Assembly: GCF_009914755.1 (NCBI RefSeq)
Contig: NC_060935.1
Direction: 5' to 3' (one strand)
Source: the human T2T-CHM13v2.0 reference genome, Homo sapiens
DNA: 64,000 bases
Under the pieces are notes generated by a model. The model was given only the letters and a program-made list of their open reading frames with translations, was not told where the DNA came from and made no database searches. Positions 1 to 13,771 of the stretch are shown in pieces; within the stretch, counting starts at the first letter, position 1, and each line of letters opens with the position of its first letter. A program made the position numbers and the translations under genes.

Positions 1-169
1 TCCTCTCAGAGCCTGCCCGACCCTGACAGCCAAGGATTGTGCCCGTCGAAGGAGCCCACAAGATAAATCAAGGGGCAGAGAGAAGAAAACAGCAAAGAGG
101 AGTGGGAAGACGGAGAAGGAGATGTTAACCGAGAGATGAGCGGAGGAATTCAAGCTACAAATGCAGCCC

Positions 170-330
170 AGATTTATTGACTTCTTCTTAAGGGTCAGGC
201 CTCGTGCAAAGTGCATTTTATTTAATCCTTACCACAATCTTATTACAACAGGTGCTATTATTATCTCCATCTTAGAGCTAAGGAAACTTGGACTGTAAGC
301 ATTTAAGTAACCTGATCTAAGATGCACAAA
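170..330 (-). mobile_element. MIR SINE fragment
   Basis: Antisense MIR core: ttaatccttaccacaat...attattatctccatcttagagctaaggaaact...aagtaacctg; boundaries approximate. Confidence 0.7.
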
Positions 331-823
331 CTTGCATAAGGCTTAAGCAGTTGTGGAGGTTTGGGAAAAGTGACAACTAAGGTCAGCTCTTGGAACTAAC
401 CCCTCCCTGGGGTTGTGCAGGCTGTGTGCTAGCCCTTCCTCAGTTTCTCTTTGAAATGAGAATCATTCTGCTAATCTCTCTCCCTAGCATGTTATGCCGC
501 ACAAGTTATATGTATTAATTTGCGGCATCACTAGCCTCTCAGTAATTATCTCCATGAATTCCCTCCTTTCCATTGAAATTAGGTAGCTGGGTATATCATG
601 GTTCCAAATCACTACAGTTGTTGATAGAGCAAATAGAATCAAGTATATAACTACTATACTTGGAAAGGAGACAGCTTTTTTGAAATCAAAATCACAATTT
701 TTTTCTCTTCTTTTAATTTATTTTTATTGTGTTGGAAATTTGCAGACTTATTCCTCACTCGGTCACACTTTCACAACTGCAAGGACAAGGGGAATGAAAT
801 TACTGGCCTGCTTTCCAGCTCAC

Positions 824-895
824 TGCACACTCACTGACACACACGTGTGCACACATGTGCATACACGTACACACACTCACATGCAAACACACCAT
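824..895. repeat. Degenerate (CA)n microsatellite
   Basis: tgcacactcactgacacacacgtgtgcacacatgtgcatacacgtacacacactcacatgcaaacacac. Confidence 0.8.
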
Positions 896-1498
896 ACAGG
901 CTCCCAATCCAATCCTTAGTTTTCTGGCGTACAGGGACTCTGAAGAATTGCTTCAGTAGTTTGAGAATGATGAATGACAATGTTTTTAAAATATATATTT
1001 ACTGTTGGTAAAGGAAAGCTAAGGAAGGGAGAGAGTAGACGAGAAAAGAAGAGAATGTAAGAGGAACTAAAGACAAAAAGGTGGGGACAGATGGGCCAAG
1101 AGGGGTAAGAAGGAGAGGGATCCCAGGAGGAAATGAATTGTAACTCAGAGAAGCCCTTGCTCCTGACAATCATGCCCTTGCCTGTCTGCATTTCCACGGG
1201 AGATGAGTAAATTTCTCTCATTCCCATAACTCATCAGTAGTGGTCAGGAGGGAGCCCACCTCCCACCAGGAGGGCTCTGGACTTCATCAGCCCAGTTACC
1301 CTGCCTCCAGACATTGGTTTTACACAAACTAAAAAATTCAACTGCACTTCAGAACTCTATTATCTGGCCAAGTGGAGAGCTGGCCATGATGAAAGCTACC
1401 CCAGACATTCTGGTAGTGATTCTTCAAGGTAGAAACCTGCTCTGGCTATGTATCTGCTTATGTTCACAGCCCTGAGATACCTGAGTGTTGGACTAAAC

Positions 1499-1691
1499 CA
1501 GTGTTACTCAAACTGCAGGCTGCAATCCATGAGAGGTTATTAAATAATTTAGTGGCCTCCACTTATGATTTTTAAAAAAATAAAATAGAATTACTGAAAT
1601 GCTCAACATATAGAAAGGATATTTTATGAACAGTTTATTTTGGTGGAGTGTGTGCTGTGTGGGTCACAGTCTAGACAGGCTAAAAGCCACA
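1499..1691. mobile_element. hAT-Charlie-type non-autonomous DNA transposon (MER112-like)
   Basis: Begins cagtgttactcaaactgcagg, contains aatttagtgg...aaaataaaatagaat and ends tgtgggtcacagtc...aaagccac, resembling a recalled MER112-type consensus. Confidence 0.45.
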
Positions 1692-3134
1692 GGATTGAAT
1701 GACCTGGGAAGTTTCCAGAGAGTCTGTGACCTCTGAGTGAGCTGTTCCCCCAGCCACTTAAATCTTGAAAATATGGGCCAGGATGTCTTCTGATAACAAG
1801 CTCCCTCATGTTTCCTCTGTCTATGGGATTCTGTATTTAAGAAGATTCTAACACATCGTGGGCATCCGAAACGTTCCAAAACTTCTTGAGTCACCTCTTT
1901 GGACAGCTCCCGAAGAGTGCAGTGGGGGAAAGGGATGACGTAGGGTCAGTGTGAACTGATCTCACAGGAAGGGCATTTAGTACGGTGGCTTCCACACTGC
2001 AGAGCCCCCTTGGCTGGCAGGTGCACAGCCTGCCCACTCGCACTTTGCCTGCCCCCCTTCCTGTCTGTCTGCTCCAGCCCATCTGATTGACTGGCTGGCT
2101 CAGGCCACCTAATGAGAGGCAACACCCCATATGACAAAGCCCATGCTGTGTAATGGGTTGATTGACATCCTCAGGACGTGATTCCGCATGCAGCCTCACT
2201 TGCAGATAATGTGAATGGTTGAGGAATTAAAATGTTGCTCGGTGCTTAATGAATGCAGCATGAGCCTCATGTTAGCACATGCCAGCTGCATCTCTGAGAA
2301 CCAGGAAGCAGCAACAATTTCTAAATTATTTATCAATTCCCTTACCTCCACCCCAAAAGAAAGTCAGCTTATGCATTTATTTATTTCATGGGCCGATATG
2401 CAGAGTAATTGCTTTGGTTTTTTTGTGAGTTTTTTTTCTATAGATTTTATTTTTCTGATGCTACAGTGAAAAAAGAGAGAAAATATCATGTCAATGTCAT
2501 TTGAATCATAATAGCTACAAATTCACTCTCCTGAATAAATAGAGAAGCTTATTTATCAAACACAGACAAGATGTCTGTCGAGTTGTTAACAGAGGAAGAG
2601 AGATTTGAGTGGGCAGGAGCAATTGCAAAAGTTTGCATATCTTCAAAACTCCCTAGGGAGGTGCAAGCAGCTTTTTCCCCAGCTAGGAACTTTCTGTTTT
2701 GACAGCTGATTGGCCAGCAAAATTGGCTGTTCCACCTTCACAGGGTGAAAAGGGGCAGGTGGTTTGGGCATCCTAGCTGAGCCTGGACCTGGCAGGTACG
2801 AGAGTGCTTGTCCCCATGCAGATTCTTGTCCATTTAAGGCAGAACAATTGGATGAAATACCAAGGCAATAAGCAGATGGAAAGCGTTGGTTGTTCTTACC
2901 CATGGCCTGTGGCTCTAGCTTTTTTATTCTGCTTTATTTTTTCATCTTATCCTGGCAGAGCTGGCTGCTGCTCTCTGTTGCAAATCCAAGCTCCGTTTCA
3001 TCCTTTCCCTGGGTTTCCCCACCCGCAACCAGCGCCTCTGCATCTCCCCTCCCCACCCACTGCCACTGTGAGGCCACCTCTGCTAACGTGTGTGGGCTCT
3101 GTGAATGCTTCTGTAAGAAGCAGCACAATGTAAC

Positions 3135-3385
3135 TACAATGGCTACTATCTTTGGAGTAGGGCATCTTCTAAGGGTTTTACATATATTATCTCATTTAAT
3201 TCTCAGGATACATATATTATCTCATTTTATTCTTATATCTTCCTCAGCTATGAGGAAGATAAACTGTTTTTATGACACTTGGGTATAAATGAGAAAACCA
3301 CATTCCAGGAAGGCTGATGACTTGCCCAAGGTCATTCCCAGGATTTGAGCTCAAAGTCTTGTCCACTACATTATACTGCCATCAC
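3135..3385 (-). mobile_element. MIR SINE with internal 30-bp tandem duplication (3179-3235)
   Basis: catatattatctcatttaattctc occurs twice; aaatgagaaaacc...tgacttgcccaaggtca...ggatttgagctc is antisense MIR. Confidence 0.75.
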
Positions 3386-3499
3386 AGATAGACAGATAAC
3401 TGACTGCAGATCAGGAGACCTGGAGGCCATCCCTGACAGCTGAGTTGTCTTGGGCGCTGCCTATACCTCTCTGGGAGTCAGTTGCTAGGCAGCTGATAG

Positions 3500-3735
3500 G
3501 CTCAGTGTCATAATGATAGGGTGGGTTTAGGACAAGATTGCCTGGGGCTAAACCCATGTACTACCACTGAGCTATCTTGGGTAGGTTACTTGAGCTTAGT
3601 TTTCTCATCTATAAAGTAGAAAAATGATCATAGTACCTCCCTCACTGGAATGATTTTGATGATTAAATAAGTTCCTACATGTAGAATAATGAGAGCCAAG
3701 CTTGGAGCATCGTAAGCAGTCCATGTTCATTATCA
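3500..3735 (+). mobile_element. MIR SINE
   Basis: gattgcctggggctaaaccc...cttgggtaggttacttgagcttagttttctcatctataaagtag...gattaaataag. Confidence 0.8.
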
Positions 3736-5179
3736 CTATATAGATTTTGTCTGTGTGTCCATCTTTATAGCATGAGGGGATTCAATGCAATGATATTCTA
3801 AAGTCTAATTTGGTTTGGAAATCCTATGAATCTGGTCTGCATTTACATTTCCTTAGAGCTCTGTAGCTCTTTATGGTATTATTCCAATGAGAACAAAATT
3901 AGAGGTGAAAGCTGGAGTGACTGAGCCATGGAATAGCTTGCACCTGTGTGTCTCATCTACATGGACACTGCCCGTCCTCTTCTGTGACTCATTTCATATG
4001 ATAGTATGACCCTCACGTTATCTGCCATGGGCAGGACATGGTTACTTTCTCTGTTTTAAAGACCTGTTCTGCTATTAGCCCGGGGTTAGAAAGTTAGTGG
4101 GAAAGTAGGACTCTAATCCATATGTACCGCTTCCAAGAGAGTTCTCAGTTGTCTGAAAGGCAAAGGGATTTGAGCCTTCTGAGTTCAACTCCCAGCAAGG
4201 AGGTGCCCTAGAAAAGAAGCTTTTGTCTAACTGTATTAGCCATTTTTCACTCCAAAATAAAAGACTGGGCAAAGCATTCTGGCTGTATTTCACCAGCTCA
4301 TTTTTCTCTAAACACCAACATTTACCAGCTTTCCTTTTTCTGATGAGAGAGTAATTAATCTTGTCTCCTCTAGACCCTCACACTGGCACACGTTGCTACT
4401 GTCTTGAAGGCAGATGGTTCTCTGGGAGAGGAAAGTGAGATAGTCCAGAGCAGCAGGAAGGCTTGAAAGTTCAAATCCTGGCCAATGGGGACCAGCACAA
4501 GTTGCCCCAAAGGCTCCCCGAGTTACTTCGAGGCTCTCCTCTGGGAGCCAGCTTTGCACCTGGACATGCTCTCTTGGCTCACAGGCACATGAGCAGGTCA
4601 GACCGTGAAAGCAGCCCTGGTCTTCATTTGCATGCAGTGGGACTATCAAAGGTCCTGAGGGGAAGGGAGAGGTGAGAGACTCCTGAACTTAAAAGGGAAA
4701 GCAGCCAGCTTCTGGGAGCTTTTGTCAAGCCAGAGGCAGAGAAGTGATGCCTATGAACACTTGCATTTCCACGCTCCAAGCCTTTATTATCTAGACCATG
4801 TAATCCATTTCTGAGCTACACTGTGCTCGCCGAGTAGAAATTTCATCTTTCTCAGGAGATCATAAGCTCAAACTTGACAGGAAACCTTCCTGCCATACAT
4901 TTTTACAGCCTCTGCAGCCTAACATCAAGCTGGGAACATATTAGATGCTCAGTGAATTCCTGAACAATCAAATGCGATTGACCAAACTGAAGCTCACAGA
5001 CATGTTATTCATACATGAGTATTGTCAGCTCTTACTAACTCAGACTGGGGAGGGCAGCCTCAACCCAGATAACTCCACAAGAATGTCTAATCCCCAAGAT
5101 AATTCTATCTGTGATTTCTCTAAACACAATGCACAGTTCTGTTTACCTATTTGCCTTCCCAAGGAAGTTTTCCTTGGTT

Positions 5180-5500
5180 AATCCAATCGCTCATTCAACC
5201 AGTTTTTACGGAGTGCTCTCTGTCAGGCACTGTCCTAGGAGATTCAAGGGTGATGAAGGCAGCCCTCATCTCTGCCCACTTGGGATCTATCACGTATGGG
5301 GAAAAGACAGATAGGACACCATCATCACATGAGTTATTTTGTTGTAATAGTTACATGTGTTACTGAGGGATGGTGAGTGTTTTAAGAGTGTGTAACGGAA
5401 AGCCCACTTAGAGCTGCCTGAGAGGCAGGGTGGCCGTGAGGGAATTAGTCTTATATTTATATTAAAACTTAGGGAATGAGTGTGAGAATTCCAGGGGCAT
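5180..5500 (-). mobile_element. L2 LINE 3' fragment
   Basis: ctcattcaaccagtttttacggagtgctctctgtcaggcactgtcctagg is the antisense L2 3' end. Confidence 0.65.
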
Positions 5501-6342
5501 TGGAGGTTGAGGTAACAAGGTTAAGATGAGTTCTCATTTCTGATTATGAGAATATCTGCACAGAAGCATGCCGGTAAATTCACTCTGTCCAAAAGGCAAA
5601 TGCTTACTCCAGGGTCTCCAGCATAGCCTGCCTTGTTCATGAATGAGAGGGTGGAAGAGCTGCTCCTGGAGGTTCTGTCTGGGGACTGGGGTTGTAGGGA
5701 TTTACTCCGATCACCAGCTGCTTGTCTTTCCACCCTGAGTGTTCTGTGGAGTCAGTCTGGAAATGAGCTCTTCTTGCCAATGACTCAAAGTAGGAAAAAT
5801 AAAAATTTGCTTATGGGAGAGATTCCAGTGGGAGCATGGATATGCTATCTGGTGCATAATGGCTGTGAATTCCAACCAGCCTCCTGAAACCAAGACGTTT
5901 CAATTAACAGGAGGCACTTCAAACCTGAACATCTCTCTTTCCTGGCTTTCCAGTCAGAATGCTGTTGTATAAATAACAATAAGCTGGCCCCCTCAGAGGC
6001 TGTAATTGAGTCTCTTCTTTCTGCTGGCATCAGCGGGATTCCCTTGAGTGATTTACTGTGTGGCTATTTAATTGGGTGACACATGAGGAAGTCAGCCCTG
6101 CTTTGTTTAATTACACTGGGTATCCCCCCTGCATGGTGTCAGCCCCCACTCTCTGGAAGGGCTCTCCGGTACCACTCTTGTCCAGGAAATGATTGCAAAG
6201 GTGTTTGGGAAGACCAGGGACAGAGAGAAATGGCTAGATGTTTGAAAAAGGAAGGGAATGTGGATAGAAAAGAAGACTGATCCCATGAACAGAATAGTTA
6301 CCTGGTTTACAGATTTAACTTGTTCTGAACCTAAATAACATT

Positions 6343-6396
6343 GAGTGTCTGTGTGAGTATGTGTGTGAATGTGTGTGTGTGAGTGTGTATGTGTGT
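6343..6396. repeat. Imperfect (TG)n microsatellite
   Basis: gagtgtctgtgtgagtatgtgtgtgaatgtgtgtgtgtgagtgtgtatgtgtg. Confidence 0.85.
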
Positions 6397-6599
6397 TGGA
6401 TGTGGCTGTTAAAGGAGGGGAAAGAGCGTTAGAAAGTGCACATAATCACAAAATACAAGTTAGCAAATGTTAGGTGCCTTAAGAAAGACACAGTTATTTT
6501 TCCAAACAATTTCAGCACTACTTTCTTCCTGGGTAAAGGCAATGAGGAGAAGGGGGTAAGTGTAAAAAAGCTGATGGGTGTTTGACAATGAATAAATGT

Positions 6600-6752
6600 A
6601 ATTTTATACCTTATAATAGCCCTCTGAGGTAGTATTTAGCATACCCACTTGATAGATAAAGAAACTGAGGCTGAAAGACACAGCTAGTAAGAGGTAGACA
6701 TTCAATCCAGCCTCATGCCTGTCTGACTCCGAAGCCCACATTACTTCCACTA
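6600..6752 (-). mobile_element. MIR SINE
   Basis: ccctctgaggtag...cccacttgatagataaagaaactgaggctgaaagacacagctagtaag...tgtctgactccgaagccc. Confidence 0.8.
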
Positions 6753-7639
6753 CCCCCCAGAGATTGAGTCATCCCTTGATCTTTCTTCAAGCTGCTTGTA
6801 TACCACATTGACTAATTACTCCGTGAAATATTAATTGATTTTCCACGGTGTACATAGAATAGGTTTTGGTCTCGTAAGAATATGAGGATCAATAATAATA
6901 CTAATAACAATGAAAATAATAGCCAATATTTCCAGGGTGGTTACTATTTTCTAGGCTTTGTTCAGAATATTTTATAAATATTGACTCATTTAATAAGATA
7001 CTTGCACTTAGATAACTGGACTTCAAACACATCCCACCAGGCCCTTGAACAGTGAGCCTCTCACCCCTCATTATTTGGGGCTTGGTAGCAGGCAGGAGCA
7101 GAGAGGAGGCTGTAATCCACTATGGAGCCCAAGGCAGGCAGGGGTACCTTGGGCTGTGGCATGGCAGCTCCATGTCCAAACACAAATCTCCCATGCTTTG
7201 ACAACTGCTCCAAGAGGGTTTCCTAAGGGAGTCCATGAGCAGAATGTATGGATCCTGATGGGGAGAGAGAGCCTGTGAATCAATAGGTGAAGGCGTATTC
7301 ATCAGACACAAACTCATGCATTTTTTTAAGCTCATTCATAGGGGCTCAATTTTCCTCTGCTCCTGGCAATACCACACGTAAAGATAGCTTTTCTCCTCTC
7401 AGCAAAGAGGCAGGGATAAGCAGGCTTTCAATAATATTAGAAGAACTAGAGAGTGGACATTACTTAGAATTTCCTAGCTGCAAGGTTTTTGAGAAGCTTG
7501 GAAGCATAACTGAGCTAGGAGAGGGAAAATGGAAGCCAATGAGGCGTGGCCATCCCAGGTATAACAGCTCCATGGTGGAGAGGGAGGGGCTCACTCTCTC
7601 TCCTGTTCCCTCTGTTTATTTCAAACAGAACCACTCTCC

Positions 7640-8990
7640 CAGCCAAATCACATGGACAGCTCCAGCCTTCCTTCTCTCAGAGGATGAGGTAGCCCTCTCC
7701 CTGCTAAGAGCTGATTCTGCCCCATCTATTCCTTCCATCTCTGGCGTCTTCAATCTCTCCTTCCTTTTGACTACCTTTTCTTGATCTACTTTTCTTTTTC
7801 AAACTATTGAGTTTTCCCTTAAAATTAAGAATAAAAATAAACCCTGAACATGTCTTCTTCTGACAATGGTCTTATCTTTCTCCTTCCATTCTCATCCAAC
7901 TTTCTTTAAAAAGTAGTTCACACCCCCACTGTCTTCACCTCATTCTCTCATTTTCACTCCTCAGTCAACTGCAATCTGGCCCCTAGTCTTACTTTTTCAT
8001 TGAAATTACTCTTATTCAAGTCAGAAATAATGACCTCCTGTCCAGCAAAAACTACAAAACGCTTTCAGCATGCTCTGATCTTTCTCTGAACATATCCACG
8101 TCTCTCACCTTTGTAACAGTTGACACAGTTAACCCACCTCCTCCATCTGGAAACTCTTCTTCCTCAGCTCCTGTGGCCCATTCCCCTTTCCCAGTTTTCC
8201 TCTTACAGGGTTGGTTTCTTTGGGCTCTAACTGTAGCTCACCTCTTGCTCTACATCTTCTCCTTGGCAATTTCATTTACACTCATGTCTTAAAGTCTCAT
8301 TTACATACTAGTAATTCCCCAATCTTGGTCTCCAGTCCATGAGTTCCACCCCTACATGCCCACCTGTCTGCCAAACAGAGTCACCTGGATGGTTCCCAGG
8401 TACCATATGCCTCAGGCTCTTTATATCCAGCATCTCATTCATCATCTATAGCTCCTGCTCTGCTTTCTTCTGAATTCTCTTTCTTGATTTGTAGCATCTC
8501 CATCTGCTCAGCTGCCTAGCCAGGAACCTGGACTTTTCAACATTCATCTCTTCCCGTGCTCCATTCTCCAGTCTTGAAATTTTTATTTCAAATATAGGCC
8601 CATCTTATCATTCCTGATATCACTCTCTTAGTTATAGGGTATCATTATATCCTTCTTGGACTATCGCAATAGCCCCTATTCTCCTTACGCCACCCAAACC
8701 TATCCTCCATACTGCTCCCAAAGCAATGTTTCCAAAATGTGGAGCGGGCCATATTAGTACCCATATTTGACCAGACAAAGTCCAAGCTGCTTTATGTCAC
8801 AACGAAAGGCTTAATATATGTGATGCTGGGCTTTCTCTCTAGCCTCATTGCCTGCCCTTGCTCTTTAAGGAATAACAATGTCATGCCACTTGTAATTACC
8901 CCAAACAATCAAGGCCAAATGTTTTCTAGCTGTCTGCTCAGAGTGTTCCTTCTGCCTGAAACATCTCTCTTCCTCTTTCCTCCACCATCT
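7640..8990 (+). mobile_element. L2 LINE (degenerate ORF2/3' portion)
   Basis: Pyrimidine-rich L2 hallmarks: ctgcaatctggccc, gaaattactcttattcaagtc..aatgacctcc, ttgacacagttaacccacctcctccatctggaaactcttc, caggaacctgga, tcctccatactgctccca. Confidence 0.75.
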
Positions 8991-9894
8991 CATTGACTAC
9001 ATCATCTCTGTAGTCTGTTCTCCCAGTTGGCTGGGCCCGGTTGGTTATAGATATGAGGAAGTAACTTTTGCAAACCAAGCCCAACCTTTTAAGCAGACAG
9101 AGTAGATATCTGCCCACATGGTTTGAATGGTGGGGCTTGAGGAAGCTGATAACTAATTATCTTTTATTATTTAAAATTATTTCATTATAGGGTTATTCCT
9201 CTAATTTTCTTTGCATTTTTGTTCTTGGAGAGGTTTCTATATATTTTTCTGAGAAGAGTTTAATCCCCTAAACCTTTGTGAGCTCCCACACATGAGAAGG
9301 GGGCCATGACAGGTACAGAGGGTGTACCTGTCCCTCTCGGCAAAATGGGACATGAAATAAAAAATTGCCCTGAGGAGGAGGAGGAGGAGGATTGAAATGC
9401 AGGGAGCTGATAAACTGCTACATATCACAGTCAACATCACACATCTTGCTTGGGTAAATCATGTGGGATGATCTAGTAAGTTAGGATTCAAGTTAATATT
9501 TAGATCACTTAAAATGAGGAAATATAAATATTTTTCCTGAATAATGTAGAATTATCACCCACGAAGCCCTACATTCATTTTCTTAAAGGAAAAAACTGCC
9601 AAAGATAGATTGTTTGTTTAATGGGATTTTATGAGATGAGCCAAAGTATAACTGGGCTTTAGAAATGAAAGACAAAGATAATGAACTCAATACCTTACAG
9701 GTCATGGGAGACACAGTGAGGAAAAAATGATGTTACTGTGAAAAGATTGGGAAGAGAAAAAAAGAGGCAGGAAGATAAAGACACATTCAAAATATGTATT
9801 GACCACCTATTATGCAGACACTGAGATATGGGCATAATCCTTGCCTTGGGTATTTACCTGGAACTTGGCAGGTACTCAGGATAAATATTTGTGG

Positions 9895-9974
9895 AAGGAA
9901 GGAAGGAGTGAAGGAAGGAAAAAAGGAAGAAAGGAAGGAGGCAGGGAGGGAAGAAATGAGGAAAGGAGGGAGGA
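9895..9974. repeat. (GGAA)n-like purine-rich simple repeat, probably an L2 tail
   Basis: gaaggaaggaaggagtgaaggaaggaaaaaaggaagaaaggaaggaggcagggagggaag, preceded by caggtactcaggataaatatttgtgg. Confidence 0.85.
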
Positions 9975-11449
9975 AATCCTGTGTATTCTTCTTAGTCTGT
10001 GCAAGGTGGGTGAAGTTAACTAAATCTATACTTACTCTTTAGCTTTTCACCCATTTTATGTTCTTGCCTAGGGTATGTTCTTCTAGAAAATTCATAATCC
10101 ATTCTCCACTAAGGTTAGGGAGCACTCTTCCATGCTATCTACAGACTACATATCAACTCACCGTGTTAAATGTGATGAGTTATTTAATAGACAAGTGAGT
10201 GGCAGGGTTGGGGTCTAAAACCAGGTAGCAGCAGGACCCCAGCTAATCATGTACCTGGGCCCTGTGGCCATGCTTAGGATTGGAGAAGGTCTCCCTGCTC
10301 GTCTAGACTGCTAGCTAGGCCAGCCATCTGTTACTTGTCTGGAAGGGGGAAGAGAGGTGGCATGGTGCTCAGGGCTGTGGCAGATCCAGTCTTGGTTTCC
10401 TAATCAGTCTATTATTTACAGGCTCCAAAGTAATGGGAGGAGGGGCAGGCTTATAACCTGTGATGAGAGGGGTTTATGTGTGTTCTGGGCCAGTTTTGTA
10501 AGACAGCTGCCCCTATAAAGGATTTATCAAGACAATAAAAGAAAAAGGAGAGAGCCTAAAGACACTCTAGTGAAAATAGCCTTTTTATGGTATGAGAGTT
10601 TAAGAGGGAACACTTTGAAAAGAAGCCACACTTCCCCTGCCCACCCCACCCACCCCTTCTCCTACTCAGCCCACATAGGCGGAAAAGCTCTCTAATCTTT
10701 ATCTCAGGGGCTAAATACTATAAGCATTTAAAGTTTATTTTTGTCTTATGATGACGTCCAGCCTTCACCACCATACCCCGGATAAGTTTTCCTTTAATTA
10801 GGAATGTCTTTCCTCTTTGGGCTATTCTTGTGGATGAAAGTGAGGAACTTAGGGGGCACTTGCTATGCATACCCCGCACCCCGTGTTTTAACAGAGTGAT
10901 AATAGATTCAGCTCGATAGGCATGTCTTAGGCCTCAGTGATGGTTTGACCCAGACTCTGGGAGGGTAGCACAGCTTGGAGGAGAAAGGGTAATGCTTGGA
11001 GGAGAAAGGCGAATGCAGAACCCCAGATGATCCAAGATGATCCATGTAAGAATCACATCTATTTGTATCAGTGTGATCACAAGCAGCAATTATAAGAATC
11101 CTAGTCATAACAAATCTCCATCTCAGAGATGAAAAAAAACAGATTTATGAAGTCAGAATACAGCGGAAGCAGTGAAGAAACCCATCCAGATTCCACAGCT
11201 ATCAAGGAACAGTGCAGGGACCCTAACTCACGTCTCCCAACTCCAAGTCTTGTCCATTCTCTTCTACCCCACTTCTGCATTTGGGTTGATGTTGCCATTC
11301 TCGGTGGCCAGAGCATCTAATATGAACCAGGTCCTCTTCTAGTGAATGTGGCTGACCACTGAGTGGGAGGGAGAGGAGGAGAGAGTACAGAGGAGAGGGT
11401 TCATTGTGATTCCAGGACACAGAGGATGCGCCCTCTGCTTCCTATATCA

Positions 11450-12470
11450 GCTTGAATGTTGGTGTCCAGTAAATCATATCCACCCTGTTCTCCTTACTCT
11501 CTTCTACCTCCCTGAATAATCTCTTACAACCTCTTTGACTTCATAAAACCATTTACTGATGAGTCTCAAAATACTATTTCCCAGAGAGATATATTTTCTA
11601 GATATCTATTCCCAGATGTATCAAAACTCCCTAAAATGCATGTGATAAAACTGCATGTATCAGTCTACTCCCTGCTCTCCATCCTGTTCCTTGTCCATCA
11701 GAAGTCCAACTTTATAGCCTGTGGGTCATACTAGATTTCTTCCCTATCCTTACCTACAACGTTTAGCAGGCCACCAGGTTCTGACAATTGCTGTTCCTTA
11801 GGACAGTGGAACCTGCTCTCTACCTTCCTTCCATTCCCTTGGGTTACACACAGTGACTTTCTGGCCCACGCTGCACTAGAGACCCAAAGCTGACCTTTCT
11901 GCTTCCACTTATTTCTTCTCTCACTGCTTTCATAATAATTCTTCTTAAAGAAACAAATTCAATCAGATCACTCCCCTTTGTAAAATAATCTTTCAGGGCA
12001 AGTATTTTGACTTTTCATGGCCCGGTCAGTATCTGCCATTCACATTTCATTTCTTGTGACACCTAACTTTTCAGCCTTACAGTTTCCTTCATGGAAACTT
12101 CCTTTATCTTGTTTTTGAACTCAAAATTTTGCATATCGTGCTTTCACTGCCTTGATTAATTTGCCTTTCTCTTTGTTACGTGGCTACTTCAAATTTGGGA
12201 ATTACCCCCTACAGGGCACACATCAGGAATTAACTCTTCTAGAGAGCATTTATGGACACCTTGCCTAAGAGGTAGGTAGCATACCAGGGTACCATGCGCA
12301 TATTTCTGTCATAGTGGTTATTACATTGTAGTGTAATTCTACATTCAGCCAGCTTTATCTGCCTCATCCACATAACTAGGAGACTCTTGTTTTCTACATC
12401 TTGTATGTCTAGTATCTAGAGAAATGCCTGAGGGTAGGAGTGTTTAGCAACACCATTGCTAAATGAATGA
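11450..12470 (+). mobile_element. L2 LINE 3' portion
   Basis: aatcagatcactcccctttgtaaaataatctt...; ends tagtatctagagaaatgcctgagggtaggagtg...ttgctaaatgaatgaa. Confidence 0.65.
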
Positions 12471-12979
12471 AGGCAAGCTTCATATGGACTAGTAGCCTCT
12501 GTGGTTATCCAAGCACATTCATAATCAGAGACTCTGACCACGGTGGTTATAATTGTTAAAAGTGATGTTCCCATTGAATTTCTTCACCACACAGCTCTAT
12601 AGGAAGAGACTCAAAACTCTGATGTTCCTACCCAGAAATGGTTACATTTCGAAGATGTCTAGTTTTATCCAATGAAGTTGTTTTAAAATTGAAACTAGGC
12701 ATCTCAGCTCTGTGAAAGCAGCAAAGTGCTTCTTCGCATAGCCCAGCACCTACATTTCAATCCAGTCTGGTTCTTTACTTGGTCCTGCCCTATGCCTGTG
12801 TTGGGTGTTGGGAATAAAATGTGGGTTCCACGCAGCTCCAGGACTTGAGGAGCTTGGTGAACACTCACTCGCCCAGGGCAGCACTGATTCCTAGTGCCCC
12901 GCACGCCACCTTGCAAAGCCAGGGGCTTAATAAAGCCTTGTTTATGAGCATTCTGGCCATGATGACTCAATTATCCAAT

Positions 12980-13690
12980 TATTCATAATTCACTTAAATA
13001 ACCACTAAACTTGTTTTGAGTACCTGCTATATGCCTTTTGTATAGAGATAAATTAGAGACATTCTCTCTGCCCTTGTGAAGCATTTTAGGGCTTGGAGAC
13101 AGAGAAAAATGTACAACAGGCAATTATAATACAATGGAAAATGTGCTAATAGAAGTCTCCATACAGGGCAGGTTTTCCAGACTGAAGGAAGAGAGAAGAA
13201 TATTCCAGACAGACAGAACCACATGTATAAAATTTGAGAAGGGTGGGAGAGAGCATGAGAGGTTCGAAGAACTGTTAGAGAGCAGCTGGGATTCATCACA
13301 ACATGAGAGCAGATGGGTTATTTGGGGAGCCCGGAAGAAGGAATGGTGAGAAAGGAGATTGCAGAGGCAAACTAAGGGTCGCCTAAGGTGGAAGGAAGAG
13401 AAAAAGGAGGCTGCAGCCAGACTAAAATTTGGAACTCCTCACCTTGGGCCCTAGGGAGCACCATATGGCTCTGGAACAGCCAGAAAAGTGGGCTCTGCAA
13501 TTTTCCAGGAAAAGAATGGTTCTGGAAATCTGTGGACCAAATAGAGAACTGTTGAATTAATGTAAGAAAGGGACGATGAGGAAATGATCTGGGGCTGTGG
13601 CAGCAGGGATGGAGGGAAGGGAGTGATTCTAAGGTCATTGGGAGGTAAAGGTGCAGGTGATATGCAATTGTGTGTGAGAACGTCAGCACA
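12980..13690 (-). mobile_element. L2 LINE fragment
   Basis: ttgagtacctgctatatgcc...ctgcccttgtgaagc...gaatattccagacagacagaaccacatgtataaa...ctggggctgtggcagcagggatggagggaagggagtgattcta. Confidence 0.65.
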
Positions 13691-13771
13691 GAAAGCAAGT
13701 CAGGCACTCAGCTGCATGCTGAATTAAAGCAGGTGTGAAAGCTTGAGAAGAAATATTAACATTTTGATAAA

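Noticed and set aside
494-528. 8-bp stem ATGCCGCA...TGCGGCAT with 19-nt AT-rich loop
   Set aside because: Short stems like this are expected by chance in 64 kb; no further support
6624-6645. tgaggtagta resembling the let-7 5' end
   Set aside because: Match stops after ~10 nt, lies in a MIR, no precursor hairpin
7287-7784. 165-aa ORF, the longest non-L1 ORF
   Set aside because: GTG start, no recognisable domain, 3' part runs into an L2 remnant
12840-12920. Small CpG cluster with weak CTCF-like caaggtggcgtg on the - strand
   Set aside because: Poor 5' half of the motif; far too short for a CpG island
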